Source of the DNA: Eremomyces bilateralis CBS 781.70
Taxonomy: Eukaryota
Length of the DNA stretch: 64,000 nt
Reading direction: 5' to 3' (one strand)
Assembly: GCA_010015585.1 (NCBI GenBank)
Contig: ML975156.1
Part shown: in pieces, positions 12,726 to 25,915 of the stretch
Layout of the letters: every line of letters starts with the position of its first letter
Position numbering within the stretch: position 1 is the first letter of the stretch
The notes under the pieces: model-generated
Databases searched by the model: none
What the model saw: the letters and a program-made list of their open reading frames with translations, nothing else
What the model was told of the DNA's origin: nothing
Translations under genes and position numbers: made by a program

Positions 12726-14896
12726 GGCGACCGATGTTCGAGCGAATCCGCTAGCTCAACCCCCCAACGGAGGAATACTCCCGGTGTCTTTGATGCTCAA
12801 CCCCTAACTCTGGTTATATCGGTACGTCGTAGGTACAAACTCGGAAATTGGCGTCTGATGTGGAGTTCCACGGTTCGCTCCCGAGATAGACCGTGCTGTG
12901 GGATGACTTCTACGAGGAGTCGATGTCGTGTATAGCTTGAATATCGTTCGAGGAATTGTCAATGGCACGGCCCCCTCTAGCTCGAGGCGCTCTTTAGGTA
13001 GAATATCTTGTATGTGGTTCGATTGACGAGCTACGGAGTTCCGGAGCGCACAAGCAGTGAGACGAGTCCAACCACCTCAAGGGAGTGTTGACGTCCAGGT
13101 GGCACAATTACTTTCTAAATGAGGGACTCGAGCGCAACGGGTATCCTTCTTCTTGTATTTCAACTCTTTCGCAGGATCCGATCCTTCCAAAGCCGAGCGG
13201 CAAAGCGGGCGGTTAACAATGTTGGTGGCCGCGAACTCGCACAGCAGAGAGGTGAAGTCTTTCGAGTGAGTGCAGTAGCGGCGGTGCAAGGGACGGAGTC
13301 GCGCAGACGGCAAGGCGGCTTTTTGAGGTTCCAGAAGATCTAGGGAGGTGTGCAATGGCGAGGACAAGTGACGAATAAAGAAAAGATACGGATGTAACCA
13401 CTGAACCTGCAGAAGAAACCAAATGGTGAGTGGATGGGGACGGAATATGCGACTCTAATACATCTATGGACAACCGAGACACCAGGCCTCGACTGACGCT
13501 CACGAGATGCAAGCACTACTGAAAACTACTGCACGAATTGGGCGCGTGGGAAAAAGCTGCAGAATACATCAGACAGGACATGGCATCTCCTGGACGCCTG
13601 GACGGTCCTGCTCATAAGCTCATTCGCGGGCGGCGCACATAAAGTGATTGAAGATTGCGAGGGGCTCCGCGGGTCGAAGCGCTCGGAGCGGCGGGAGGGG
13701 CCCAGCGGGTCCATAATGGACGGGAATATTTCCAGGATGGACGAATGGGACGCATGGCGAGGATCTGGAGCGTCGAATGTCGGGGGTTTGGAGATGGGGA
13801 TTGGTGAGGGATTACGGATGCTGGGAGATGCTTGGGGGGGATGTGCCACGGCGGTTAGAGAGGGGAGGGAACTGGTGGATGGACACGAGGGTTAAGAATA
13901 GACGACGGGTTTCGCTTCGCCAATGCTGTTAATGCTCTTGGTCTTCACGCTATTGATGTGCTAACAATTCATATCACAGCTTAAGATCGGAAGTCTGTCT
14001 TTCTATCGGTTGGTGCAATTCCATTACCATTGTTAATGGACAATGGTGCTGTGCTTCGTATTGTTGTCTTACTGTATTCCGTAGAATCCCCGCCTCCCCC
14101 TCGCCGTCATCGCTCACCCTCCAGCCTCCACATTCTCCAACCTCAGCGGTTACAGATCCGTTCCAGAGTGTCGCTCAAGTCCCACCTCTCCTGACCACTG
14201 CACGACCCACTCCTGATGGAATGGGAATTGCATAACCATCGCGGTTCCAGACCTGGGGAACTGCAACACTGCGGAGCTGCATGGGCCTGTTGGCGATCGC
14301 CTTTATGTGCTCGGATCCAGTTTCCGGGTTGTTAGAGAGGAAGACGATCTAGAACTGAGGAGGGGATAGGGGTCGGAAGCGCAGAAGAAGCGCGATGCAT
14401 GAGCGATGGCGATGGAGATGGAGATGAGACAAGCGCAAGGTACCTACACGGTGTCTATTTAATTTCTCTCTCATCACGGAGACGATCCGGGGTGAATTTG
14501 TGACGCCAGGGTAAAAGACGAGGAATAATGAACCCGAGGCAATTCCGTTTTCCTACTCCCTATGGCTTGGTCACCACACATGAAGCAATTGATATTCATG
14601 GAGAGGAGTCCTGTTCATAAAAGCCTTGTCTCGCCCTGTTTCCGTTGATTTCACCTAGGTCAATCATGCAGTGAGGCATACATCTGCAGAATGATCATTC
14701 CCTGGCCAAATCTGTCTTGAAGCGTATCGTAATTCCGACCCGATATCACGCCGAGTGTCTTGAATAGTACTTGTGGATATGAGTAGGTGTATCCCCAAGG
14801 ACCTATAGCATCTACATCTCCTCATCACTCTTGTGAATCTCCCCCCTTCACCTGCTTTCATACCCTCAAACATAGTAATCCAACAATCCACCCCTC

Positions 14897-15736
14897 TCAC
14901 AACACCCCCCTCCCCACCGCCTCCGTCCGTTCCTCCCACACCGTCTTCCCACTACACGAACACACCGTCTTCTCATTCTCCCAAACCCCCGCACTCCGCG
15001 CCACCACCCCCACCAACGTATCCGCATCCTCCGCCGCGAACCCCTCCCGCTCCTGCGACACCACCACGCTCCGCCCTATCACCTCCCACACCTGCATCCT
15101 CCGATCCAGAAACGTCGACCCGATCCCCGCCTCATCCACCTCTACCGTCCCTAGCACCCCGCGGCCCTCCCCGGATGCCTGCTTCCCCGCCTCCCAGACT
15201 CCGCCAGTGCTCGCGGTGCCGCGGGAGATATCTCCCCCTTCCCGCACTGTCGCCCAGTATTTTCCGGGAGCCAACCCGCGGAGGCTCAGGTCGATGAGGG
15301 TGAGGTCCGAGGTCACCTGAACCATGCGCGCGAGGCCGCGGACTTGGTTAGGCACGTCGGCGTGTGTTTCAAGGATGCAGACAGCGGCAGCTAGGCGAGG
15401 TCAGTTCTGCGTGTAGAGTCTGGGAGGTATTGCAATTTCCAGGACGTACAGTTCTCCCGCCCACTTCCTCGGAGGATCGCATCGCGTCCGGTGGATTGGA
15501 TGGCGGAGACGATGGCGGAGGGGGCGGCGGTGCCAGTGACGGAGACGAGTTGAGAAGGGAGGTCAGCAGCGACGGAGTGGATACCGGGGAGCTTGTGGAG
15601 GGAGGAGGAGACGTGTTTGATACACTCGTCGCAACGGAGGGGGACGGCGAAGGTGGTCTGGTGGGGGTTAGTATTCTGTATAAAGGGTTGGACTTGGGGG
15701 ATGGAGGAGATAGCACACCTCGAATGGGGGTATCAT
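14897..15736 (-). CDS. CCS1: Copper chaperone for Cu/Zn superoxide dismutase
   Basis: MIPPFE|TTFAVPLRCDEC (HMA-type CxxC), AAVCILETH, SOD-like middle region, C-terminal GVVARSAGVWENEKTVCSCSGKTVWEE. Two introns. Confidence 0.93.
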
Positions 15737-16169
15737 GATTCGTGAAATATTCAGATGTTATAAAGGCACCGACTGCAGACTTCCAACTCTAATTATCCCT
15801 TTCATCGTAAAAATAAAAGGTCAACTCTAGCTCTCAAGTGCTGTGACGTTAGTCTAGAGCATTTGAAATCCGAATCCATTGGAGCTCCCCGAGGTCGCAA
15901 GGAGGTTTTATGCCTGAGGCGATAAGGCGACATCACAATTATCGCGACAGGGCTGGCTTGAGCTTCACATTTCTGATGATATGAGATTTTGCGGTCACCT
16001 CACGCTTCAACCATACTCTCACTTTTGTGCCCATCAACGTCCTTTAAATCTCAATCCTTCCCGTCCCTATCTTCTGCGTACCCTTGGATGGGCAACGCCT
16101 CCGCTCACGACCGCATCGTTCCGCTACACCAACTCCATCCCTAAATCACCACCTACCCTCTCGCCCATC

Positions 16170-16847
16170 ATGTCCCAAGTAATCGGCCAGGTAAACTCCC
16201 TGAACACCGCAGAAATGACCACATAAATAACCACCATTCAGACCCGCCTCGCCTACTCCCGCCCCTGGCACCACCTCCCCCTCACCCGACACACCCCCCC
16301 CCTCGGCCGCGTCGCCTCGCGCATCGCCATCCTCCTCATGGGCAAGCACAAGCCGATCTACGACCCATCAACAGACTGCGGAGACTATGTGGTGGTGACG
16401 AACTGTCGCGGCATCAACGTGACGGGGCGGAAGAAGGAGCAGAAGCTGTATTATAGTCATACGACGCGGCCGGGCACGCTGAAGAGCATGGCGATGGGGG
16501 AGTTGATGGAGAAGTGGGGAGGCGGGGAGATTTTGCGGAGGGCGGTCAGGGGGATGTTGCCGAAGAATCGGTTGAGGGATGTGAGAATGGGGAGGTTGAA
16601 GGGTGAGTGATTTTTGTTTTTTTGGGGGAAGGAAGAGGGAAATGGGGATGGATGAGGATGAGAGGAGGAAGGCGGAGGCGTTGCGGGTTATGATCAATGG
16701 AGTGGAATGATGGCTAACATGACTACAGTATTCGAGGGCGATGCCCATCCGTACAAGAAGAACATCCTGCACTACCCCGTGGAGCAGAATCCGTCAATAT
16801 TAGATACGCCCAGCGTGAAGGAGACTTTGGCCGAGGCGAAGGCATGA
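16170..16847 (+). CDS. MRPL23: Mitochondrial ribosomal protein uL13m
   Basis: MSQVIGQ|TRLAYSRPWHH..LGRVASRIAILLMGKHKPIYDPSTDCGDYVVV..RAVRGMLPKNRLR..|VFEGDAHPY. Two introns; divergent from CCS1 across ~430 bp. Confidence 0.93.
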
Positions 16848-17052
16848 AAGACAGCAATCAGCATTTACGGCGTTTTGGAGAGAAGGATGTTTCAGAAGCA
16901 CTGCTACGGCGATGGTCGGCATTTGCTCAAATGATCTTCATGTATTCGTATCGTGTATTTGTACAAATGAAGGTCCAAATCTAGTATCCTTAACACCCGC
17001 TCCCTAGTAGACCGTGAGATGGAAAAAAATCGAACCCTTCTCCATCTGCATT

Positions 17053-18000
17053 TCACAGCTTCGCCTTCGCCTTCAACCCCTTCCGGCTCACCGTACAGTC
17101 GATCAACCCATTCGGATCCGTCTGGGGCGCATACACCTCCGCATCCCCCCCCGTATTCTTCAACCCCTTATGCCAACTCAAATCCACCTCGAAATAATGC
17201 CGATTGGGCAACGTATAGCTAACATTCTCAATCCCCCCCACCGCCCCCAAAATCGCCTCGCACATCTTATACATCGTATTCTGCACGCTCGCGCTATTAT
17301 CCGTCGCGAACGTACTCAACGTCACCTCCCGCGCCACCTTCCACGCCCGATCAAACTCTCCCACCTCCGCACGCACCGCGTCCACGCTCCCAAAATGCTT
17401 CCACCCCCACCGCGCCCGCACCGACGTCGACAAAATCCGATCCCATGTCTCCGGCAGCCGCGTATACTCGTCCCGATGGAACCCATGGAATGCTGACCCC
17501 GTGCTCTTCAGCACCACCAGCTTGTCGATCGCGCTGGAGAGCGTGATGCCCTTCGCGCCGCCGCCTTGCAGCTCCGAGGCGCCCTGCCCGTCGCGTACGA
17601 CCGCTGCCACCTCGCGCGTCTCCTCGCCGTCGCGGATGAAGCTGTGCGGGTGGGGTTCACCGTCGACGAGGAGGCGCGACCAGCGGTGCTGGACGATGGA
17701 GACGTGGGCAGCATGGATGTGGGGGTAGCTGTCGACGAAGTGTTGGCCGACGAGGGCGGCGAAGAGCTCCGGGGGGGCGATGGGGTGCTGCTTGGCGAGG
17801 ATGTAGACGGATTGCTTTTGGGTGTCGGTGGCGACGATGACGGAGTTGTCGGCGGCGGTGTAGGAGGTATCGATGGCGCCTTCGAGTTGGGTGCAGACGG
17901 TCATTTCGACGACGGTTTGGATGTTGGTGGTGGGGTCTTTGTGGACTTTGTAGAGGCGGATGTTATCTTTGCCGTAGCGGGCGGAGGTGAGTTCGGCCAT
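17053..18000 (-). CDS. uaZ: Urate oxidase (uricase), peroxisomal
   Basis: YGKDNIR, IVATDTQK, VLKSTGSAFHGF, DRILST, SASVQNTMY, PNRHYFEVDL; ends with PTS1 -AKL; single exon. Confidence 0.97.
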   Translation of the reverse strand: MAELTSARYGKDNIRLYKVHKDPTTNIQTVVEMTVCTQLEGAIDTSYTAADNSVIVATDTQKQSVYILAKQHPIAPPELFAALVGQHFVDSYPHIHAAHVSIVQHRWSRLLVDGEPHPHSFIRDGEETREVAAVVRDGQGASELQGGGAKGITLSSAIDKLVVLKSTGSAFHGFHRDEYTRLPETWDRILSTSVRARWGWKHFGSVDAVRAEVGEFDRAWKVAREVTLSTFATDNSASVQNTMYKMCEAILGAVGGIENVSYTLPNRHYFEVDLSWHKGLKNTGGDAEVYAPQTDPNGLIDCTVSRKGLKAKAKL

Positions 18001-18270
18001 TGTGATGGTGATGGTGATGGTAGTTTGGGGTCTAGGTGTAGTTCGAGTGCGGCGTGAAGCAGAAATTATGGTGTTTGCAGAGGTGATAAGATGGAATTGT
18101 CGAGCAAGATCTCACAGGCAGAATGGTCGAGCGAGGAGCAACAGTCGGGATTAGACCTTCGGATATCTAAGTCATCTAATGAAGAAAAAGGAACGGAGTC
18201 CAGAGGAAGAGAGCAGCCAATGGTTCATATATATCGGCCGTACAAGTCTTATCGCGGAACACTACGCAAA

Positions 18271-18284
18271 GCGGAGCTGGCCGA
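18271..18284. promoter_or_regulatory. Candidate UaY/Ppr1-type Zn2Cys6 site (CGG-N6-CCG) upstream of uricase
   Basis: GCGG-AGCTGG-CCGA lies ~270 bp upstream of the uaZ ATG, one mismatch from TCGG-N6-CCGA. A GATA site (TGATAA) is at ~18084. Confidence 0.5.
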
Positions 18285-20100
18285 GAAATCCTTCCATCCA
18301 GGAATCTGCCCACTGGTTTGTGGATGTGGCCCCTCTGGACAACGCGCGATCCAGGCCTTCCGTTGCGCTATCAATGATCCAATGGCAGCTAGCGATCGAG
18401 AACCATTCCCCTCCGTTAAATTGGCACTTGATTAAGGGAATTGCGGCGTCATTGGGCGTAGAAAGCGGCAGTTTCCCCTCTCCAAAGGGAGACGGAGGTC
18501 ACCGATGGCGATGGGGGAGTGGAGTTTACGGGGCACCTCACCTGAGAATCTGAGATATCGGTCGCTAGGAGTGGGATAGTTCGTATTCATGACAGATTTT
18601 AATCCATTGTTCTCCATTTTGAGCGGAATTTATCTACCATTGCGCGGAAATGTTTCACGGTTTATATCAACATATTATTAAGTTAACTAGTTATTCTAAT
18701 TAGTATGACGACATGATATTTGCACATGATAATCCGCGAATATCCCCGCAAGTTCGCGACGAGAGTGGCTTCAACTTTGTGGCTGTTGCGATATTTCAGG
18801 GTTATGGAGTCTACCGTATTCCGTATCATTGGCGTAGAAGAGTTCGAATGATGCCCAGAGTCCATGCAGTGGACGATCATCTACGGAATCCTCCCTATTG
18901 TTCGGTGCACGCCTATTAGTGTTGAAGGATCGTCCTGCGTCAGATGTATCGCCTAGTCTTCGGTGGCTATTATCTCATCGTTTCTGGACGACTTGATGCT
19001 TCCTGAGGGTCCCGATGGCGTACAGGATCTATCCTCATGTATTCCATTTTCCGTTTGGCTTGATATTGCTCGAAGTCGGCCTAGACTATAGTACTCAAGC
19101 ACAGTACTACCGTGCATACCCCTAGTTCATTACGCCAGGGGCATCGTCCTGCTCTGGGCATCCGCAATTGCAGTACTACACGTATAATCCATATTCGTTA
19201 TAGGTCGACTCTAGCATCGATGTATGAAACTGGGGGTTAGTTCGCTCCCGACGGGATGAAACATTACAATATCTGCCATTATGCCATAAGACATGGATAT
19301 TCAGAGGTGGAGGGGAGCGTCAATGACGACACTGATATCCCTAACCTTACGAAAAGGTACCTGGCTAGAAAGAGGAAAGGGGAAATCGCCATTGTCTTAG
19401 GAAACGTCCTTTGGGTAAATACCGTTGGTAGATATGTATGCCATTGAAGACAAGACATTGTCCACATCTGCGAATGATGTTATCATGATCGAGTTTGTCG
19501 GCGGATTGTGTGATGCCTGAGTAAATGGGCGAACGGGGTACATAATGAAAGCTAGTCAAACAAAGACAGTAAGCTTGAGAACATATGACACAGTATGTTG
19601 GAATGGAGAAGACTGAAGTAGGATGAAATGAATTGATGAATTGATGAATTGAATTGACGTTGTTGCTCCATATGAGAGGAATTCTGTTCCGGCATTCTTA
19701 TTGGCTGACATGTCACCCTTGCTTCCACTGGCATCTCACCACGCCATACATCTCTCCATTCACCACTTACTACGGAGTACTGCTTCAATACATATCATTC
19801 AATCACCATTCTATCAGCATTCATTGCGACGAGACTGACTACTTACTTGCCCACTTACTTCACACCTCTATTCTATTATTCCCCGGTACTCTTGTACACC
19901 ATCTCGCATCGGTGTCCACCTCCCACCCACCTCCTCATCGCTGAGGTTCACCTCCCTCGGATGGACTATCCTCATGCCCACCAACGGGCCGCAACCGTGG
20001 CGAGCCTGATCCGGAGATGAAGGCTGGCATGCCGGGGGACTGACTTGAAGGCATCCATTCTCCATCCACCTCCGCGCCTTTGGAGCGCTCCGCTCTCCAG

Positions 20101-23100
20101 ATGACACCAGCCCCGCAACTCACCGTTGTCCCCGCCCATTCACAGCATGGCACGCCCTCCCAACTCGATGGGAGCGTCGCAACCGACCATCCCAATGCCC
20201 TCATGCCGCCCCCCTCGAGAAGTGGCGCGCGAGACGCCCGCTCCATGTCGTCCTCGTCCGCCCAGCCGTCGTTCCGCACCGGAGCCAGCTATGCGACCGG
20301 CCCGCCACCTGGCAGCTTCAGTTCGGAGCTCCGCACCATGACGATGCGAAGCGAGACCCCGCGACCGACCTTCAGCGCCCAAGACGGCTTTTTGGGGGAA
20401 TTGGCGCGTACGACCTCCGAGCAGCGGCAGGCGGACCTGCGGGACCAGATCGTCAAAGAGGAGAAGATCAAGACCGGGTCGGAGAATTTGTTGGAGGCAT
20501 TGAACAGCAAGAGCGCGAAGCAGAGCGCAAAGCAGAGCAAGGATCAGAAGAAGAGGGTGGAGGCGGAATTGAACACCGCGAATCGAAAACTGGCGGCGCT
20601 GCGACAGGGCCTGGAGGACGAGATTGCCCGGAATAAAGAGGAGGCGGCGGTCGCATCGGGGATGAGCCCGAAACCAGGAAAGGGACGGTTGAGCTTTCTG
20701 TTTCGCGCCAACGAAGCATCGCCGACGACACCAGATGTTGACGACGGAGAGAGCGAGACCGAAAGCCCGACGTTCGTGCTAGCGGAGATATTACAGGCCT
20801 TGGAAGCCGAAGGCATGTTACCGGAGTATTACGTGGAATACGCGAATAGGCTGGTCGAGCTGTTCAAGCGAAATCCGACGCTAAAGTTCGACTTGGCCTG
20901 GCCGATATTCGCCATGCGCGTACAGACGATGCTGCTAAGCGACAGCCGGGAAGTCGTCGCGGCGGGTTATCGTGTTCTGCGATATGTCATGACCGACCGA
21001 CGCTCATTGCAGACCATTCGCGCCCACCAAACCGATTACCTGGTCATTGTTTCGCTGGTCAAGCAGACGAGGGCGTCCGTGGAGCGAGAACAAGCGCTCA
21101 AATTCGTTCGCGCGTTCTTGGAAGTCAAAGATGGGGTGAAAGAGATCTCGCGTTCCATCGTGCGCATTCTGGTCGCCATCGCGGAGCACACAGAAGATCG
21201 CCTTCGAAACATCGCCATTCTCACCCTCTCCGAAATTCTCATTCGAGATCCTGTTCTTCTGAAAGCCGCTGGCGGACTCGGGGCGCTCACCGATGCACTG
21301 GGAGAAGGGGTCTACCTTGCCGCCGAGAGCGTCGCTGTCTCGTTTCTCTACCTGCTAGATCTACCCAGCCGACGAAAGCACCTTACCCACGGCCGCGAAA
21401 TCGAGCTCGCATTCGCATCATTCACCGAGATACCCATGAATGTTACCCATCACGAAGAGAAGCTGAAAGCGAACGTAAAAGTCATTTCCGCGTTGTTGAA
21501 AAGCTGGTCTGGGTTGTTGACATTGTGTATGGACGATTTTATGGCGACTCGATCGCTCGTCGCTTCGCTATTTATCCCGATGCCGCATTTACGAAATATT
21601 GTCCTGGAGTTGTTCATTGATTTGTTGCGGATTAAGCCACCGGCTTTCGCGTCGTCCTTCTTGGCCGGGAGGAGACTAACCACCTACCAACGAGTCACAA
21701 GACTCAAATCAACTGCTGGGACCACTACCGATTCCAAAGCTCCTGGCGAGACGGACGATGATGTCGATCAAATGAGTCTGGTCGAGCATTACACGGCGGT
21801 TCTCCTTGCCGTTTTCATACACTCCGGTCTGGTCGATGCGCTGATGCATGCGGAACAAGAATGGCTCACTCCACCTTTAAAACGAAAGACCACCCTAGTG
21901 CTTAGCGAAGTCCTACGAATGGCAAGCGAGATGCTTCCGCCTCCGATTAGCGAACAAGTTCAAATCCTTCCGCAGCTGGTACAGCAAGGCGCGAGAATGG
22001 ACGACGATGACCGATTCGACTACACCTCAACCATCTACCAGATCGAGAGCGTTACGCGGACGATCTATCGCTTCGCGCCCTCGGAACAGCACGGGACGCG
22101 GCCCACGAGCGCGGGCGAGCCGAACAACGGACCACCCGAGTCGTCAAAGGCGCATTCGATGATGCAGGTCGACGAACCGGGGTTCCGGCAACTCATACTC
22201 GAAACCCATATCCTCAGCACCGTGAACTTCACGAAATGGCGCTGGGACATCATTCAGAACATCATCGAAGGGCCCCTTCTCAACGCGAAACGACTAGACG
22301 AGGCGATCCGAGCCTCGAAGTTCCTGCATCGATTGCAGGGTTTCTACCGCCCCTTCAAGCGGCGGTTCGCCGATGTGAAGAATACAAAGCCGAATCAGCG
22401 CTATGTCCGCGTTGGCGTGGCGTTAATGCGCACGCTTCTTAATAACCCCGAAGGAGCGAAATACCTCGCCGAAAGCAAACTCATCCGACAGCTCGCGGAA
22501 TGTCTCGCGCAATTCGACCGTATGTCCGGCATCATGGCCGTGAGCCCGATCTTCACCCCCGAGCGGATGAATGAGACGCTTTCCGGCGGCTACTTCTCCA
22601 TGCTCGGAGCGCTCAGCCGGGACCCGAAGGGCATGCTCATCATGGAGCGGTGGAAGATGTTCAACATGTTCTACCACATCGTCGAGCTCAAGGGACGAGA
22701 CGATCTGATCAAGACGTTGCTGGGGGGCATGGACTACACCCTCGAAGGGCATCTGCGTATTATATTAGGGAAAGCGATGACCTGTTGCTCGAAAGATATT
22801 CGGATCTTTGCGACACGCATACTGAGGAAATATGCGGTCCGCGCTGTCTCCGGTTTGTCAGATACGGACGCCACGCAGACTGCTGAATGGGCCATCCGGC
22901 TCCTCGTTACGCAGCTATACGACCCGTCTATCGAAGTCTGCGAAGCAGCAGTCAAGATCCTCGAAGAATCGTGCAACCTGACATCATCCCTTGAGTATGT
23001 CGTCAAGTGCCGACCGGCTCTAGACCACCTTGGCGAGATCGGTGCGCCGCTTCTACTCCGCTTCCTCAGCTCCAGTGTTGGATATCACTATCTCGATGGC

Positions 23101-24340
23101 CTTGACTATATAACCCGCGAGATGGACGATTGGTTTCTGGGACGAAACGATACCTATGTGGCATTAGTCGAGGCATCACTTGCAAAGGCGTTCGCCGAGC
23201 CGCACGACAAGCCCGGCAGCTCATCCGCCGCCCAATATCCCGGGGTCGGCCACCATTCGCATTTCGATGAGATGATGGCCGAGCACCAAGAATACGGCTT
23301 AGTCCCCCCGCATTTCTACCGCGAGCTCACCCGCACGCACGAAGGCGTCAAGCTCCTCCGCGAGAAAGGCCACTTCGACGAGTTCGCCGCGACCATCCAC
23401 GACTTCGGCCGCGAGGACGACGACGCCGAGACGATCCTCAAGCTCAAAGGCTGCCTCTGGGCAGTCGGCAACGTCGGGTCCATGGAGCTCGGTGCCCCCT
23501 TCCTCGAGACCACCGATGTCGTCCGCGACGTCGTGCAGATCGCGGAGAACTCCCTCATCATGTCTGTGCGCGGCACCGCGGTGTTCGTGCTCGGGCTGAT
23601 CAGCCGGAGCGTGCATGGGCAGGAGATCTTGCTGGAGTACGGCTGGGACGGGGCGACGAATATGATGGGCGAGGCTCTAGGGTTTGCGATCCCGAAGGAC
23701 CTGCGGAAGTTGTTTAGTGTGCCGGATTGGACGAGGGAGGCGAAGGCGGAGCAGCGGATGGCGGCGGCGGCGCCGTTCGATGCGGCGAAGATTTTTGTAA
23801 GGAGTGGGAGGGGGGAGAAGGATCCGGTGAAGAAGCGGCTTTTCGCGGCGGCGGAGAATTTGGGGAACTCGGTGTTGAGCAAAAAGGCGGCAGGGGAGTT
23901 GAATGCGTAAGTACATCAGCATTTTCTATTCTCCTATCCACAGTATCAAGACGGTCTATCATTAATCGTCCGCTAACAATCACGGCAGCCTAAAATCCCG
24001 CTACCCCGCCTACTTCCGCCGGCCGTCCGTCTTCCGCACCGTCCTCTCCATCCTCGAAGCTCACCACTTCCGCCTGCACGTCTGCCGCTTCCTCATCGAC
24101 CTCTTCGATAAGGACGTCATGCGGCAGATCGTGCTGGAGGAAGAGAGCGACGAAGAAGCGGGAGACCGCGATGATGTGGCGCTGGATATCGACAGTCCGA
24201 TCAGTCCGATCAATTCGATGGAGCGGCGGCCGTGGAGCAAAGGGAGCGAGACGAGACCACGGAGTAAGGGGTCGGGAGGCGAGCATGCACGACCGTACAG
24301 CAGGGGCACGACCGGGGCTATTGGAGGAGCGCGGGGGTGA
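20101..24340 (+). CDS. TSC11: TORC2 subunit Rictor/Avo3 (Tsc11, S. pombe Ste20)
   Basis: N-terminal HR1-like segment (QIVKEEKIKTGSENLLEAL); EREQALKFVRAFLE, SSFLAGRRLT, LHRLQGFYRPFKRRF, PPHFYRELTRT, LKGCLWAVGNVGS, SVRGTAVFVLGLIS. Intron at ~23907-23988, then a last exon with HHFRLHVCRFLIDLF. Confidence 0.95.
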
Positions 24341-25915
24341 GCCGCGAGAGATGGAACGCGAACGAAGGACATCTCGCTTCACGGCGTACGGATCATTCAA
24401 GCTCGGATGGCGATGGGCTTGACGATTCTGATTGGCGGGCGTTTCCCCACTGGGTTCGGAACCGCCACCCGTTTGCATGAGCTACGGCGTATTCATATTG
24501 CTTTGACTTTTGGGAGTGTCTGGAACTCGGGATGGGAGTCTGGGCTCGGTTTGGGACCTTGCGACGCGAAGAAGATTACGGCAACGAACCGGTGGACGGA
24601 GCAAGCGAATCATGGATGGGAAGGATGTTATTGTATACTGGGCTCGATGCTTTGCCATATAACTTGAACAATTCCAAACTAGCCACATTGCCAATGCGTG
24701 ACCCTACAAGCGACGGCGCCCGAATTCCCACAACCCCACAAACCAGTGGATTTCACTTGTTAGACACCACTGACGACTCCGCTATTCCGTCGCAATAGCG
24801 GAATCTTATGATAACCACAACATAACAACATCCAGCAATCTCGTCTCGTTCCCTTCGAATTTGAAATAATATATTATTTCCCGGCCGTCCAGGCAGCCCA
24901 TGTTTCCTACCAATCCGGACCCCAACATGCTCCTACTCAACGCGTTTTGTGAGGCGTTGCTCAGGGAACATCCTGCCCCAGCCCCTTTTAGGATCGCCAT
25001 GCTTGCTGCTCAGCTTCTGGGTTCTGATTTCTACAACAGTAGCCCCATACGGAATACGCTGCTCTACTCGTGTAGATCAACTGATAGAGACGGGACTATC
25101 TCTTTTCTCGGTCAGGGTATCCCGTGCTGGATGACGGTTGAATCGCCTTCATTGGCGGGGAATTCACTCGATCGTCATGTAAAATATTTCAATTGGCGTT
25201 TACACTTTATACTACTGGAATCCTTTTAACACAACTGCCCATCTGGGACATTAGCGACGTCGTGTTTGTTTGCCGGTCATACTCTCGGTCATACATGGCG
25301 AACAAGCAGATTGTTCCGTTGGAACTATTCTGCTAATTATAAATACGGAAAGGGGAGTCTGATCGACTGGAGCTGGAGAAGAGTTGGGAACGCCACTGTA
25401 TGGATGTCTTGGTTTAACCGAGTCATGACATGGACGACTCAGTAGGGCAACACGGGAAAGTTCAGAGTCCTTCGTAATTAACTCCGGTTCATTTCGCTTC
25501 GTTCAGGGTTCTAACACGGCCCGTGTCTCAATCATCAATCGTGCAGATGCCGCAGGGCGCATGCTGGTATCGGTCGTCCGTGCCAAGTCGTCCATTTCCT
25601 GGTTGACGGTTGTGTCCTGTAGCCTTCCCCAGTTCCCATCTCTTTGGATCGGAGCGTTCTTGCGGGGAGAACGATTAATATAACCGTATCCCCGGCTGAT
25701 GGACGCTGGTCTTTCCCATTTAAAAGTTGTTTGGCTCCATCGCCAACTGACGGGCTGACTTGGCGTATGGTTCATCTTGCTTTATACTGGACATTTGCGT
25801 TTCTGTGTCGGTTTTGTTCAGTCAGTGAGGCTGAGGCTCGTTTCACTCGTACCAAGAGAAAGAATGTGACACCGGTATACTGTATATCGTATATCGGATA
25901 TCGAGAATCAACACA

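Noticed and set aside
24900..25229. 109-aa ORF between Rictor and the Pth11-like gene (also 27463-27792 and 42922-43239)
   Set aside because: No motifs, coding-like bias or splice support.
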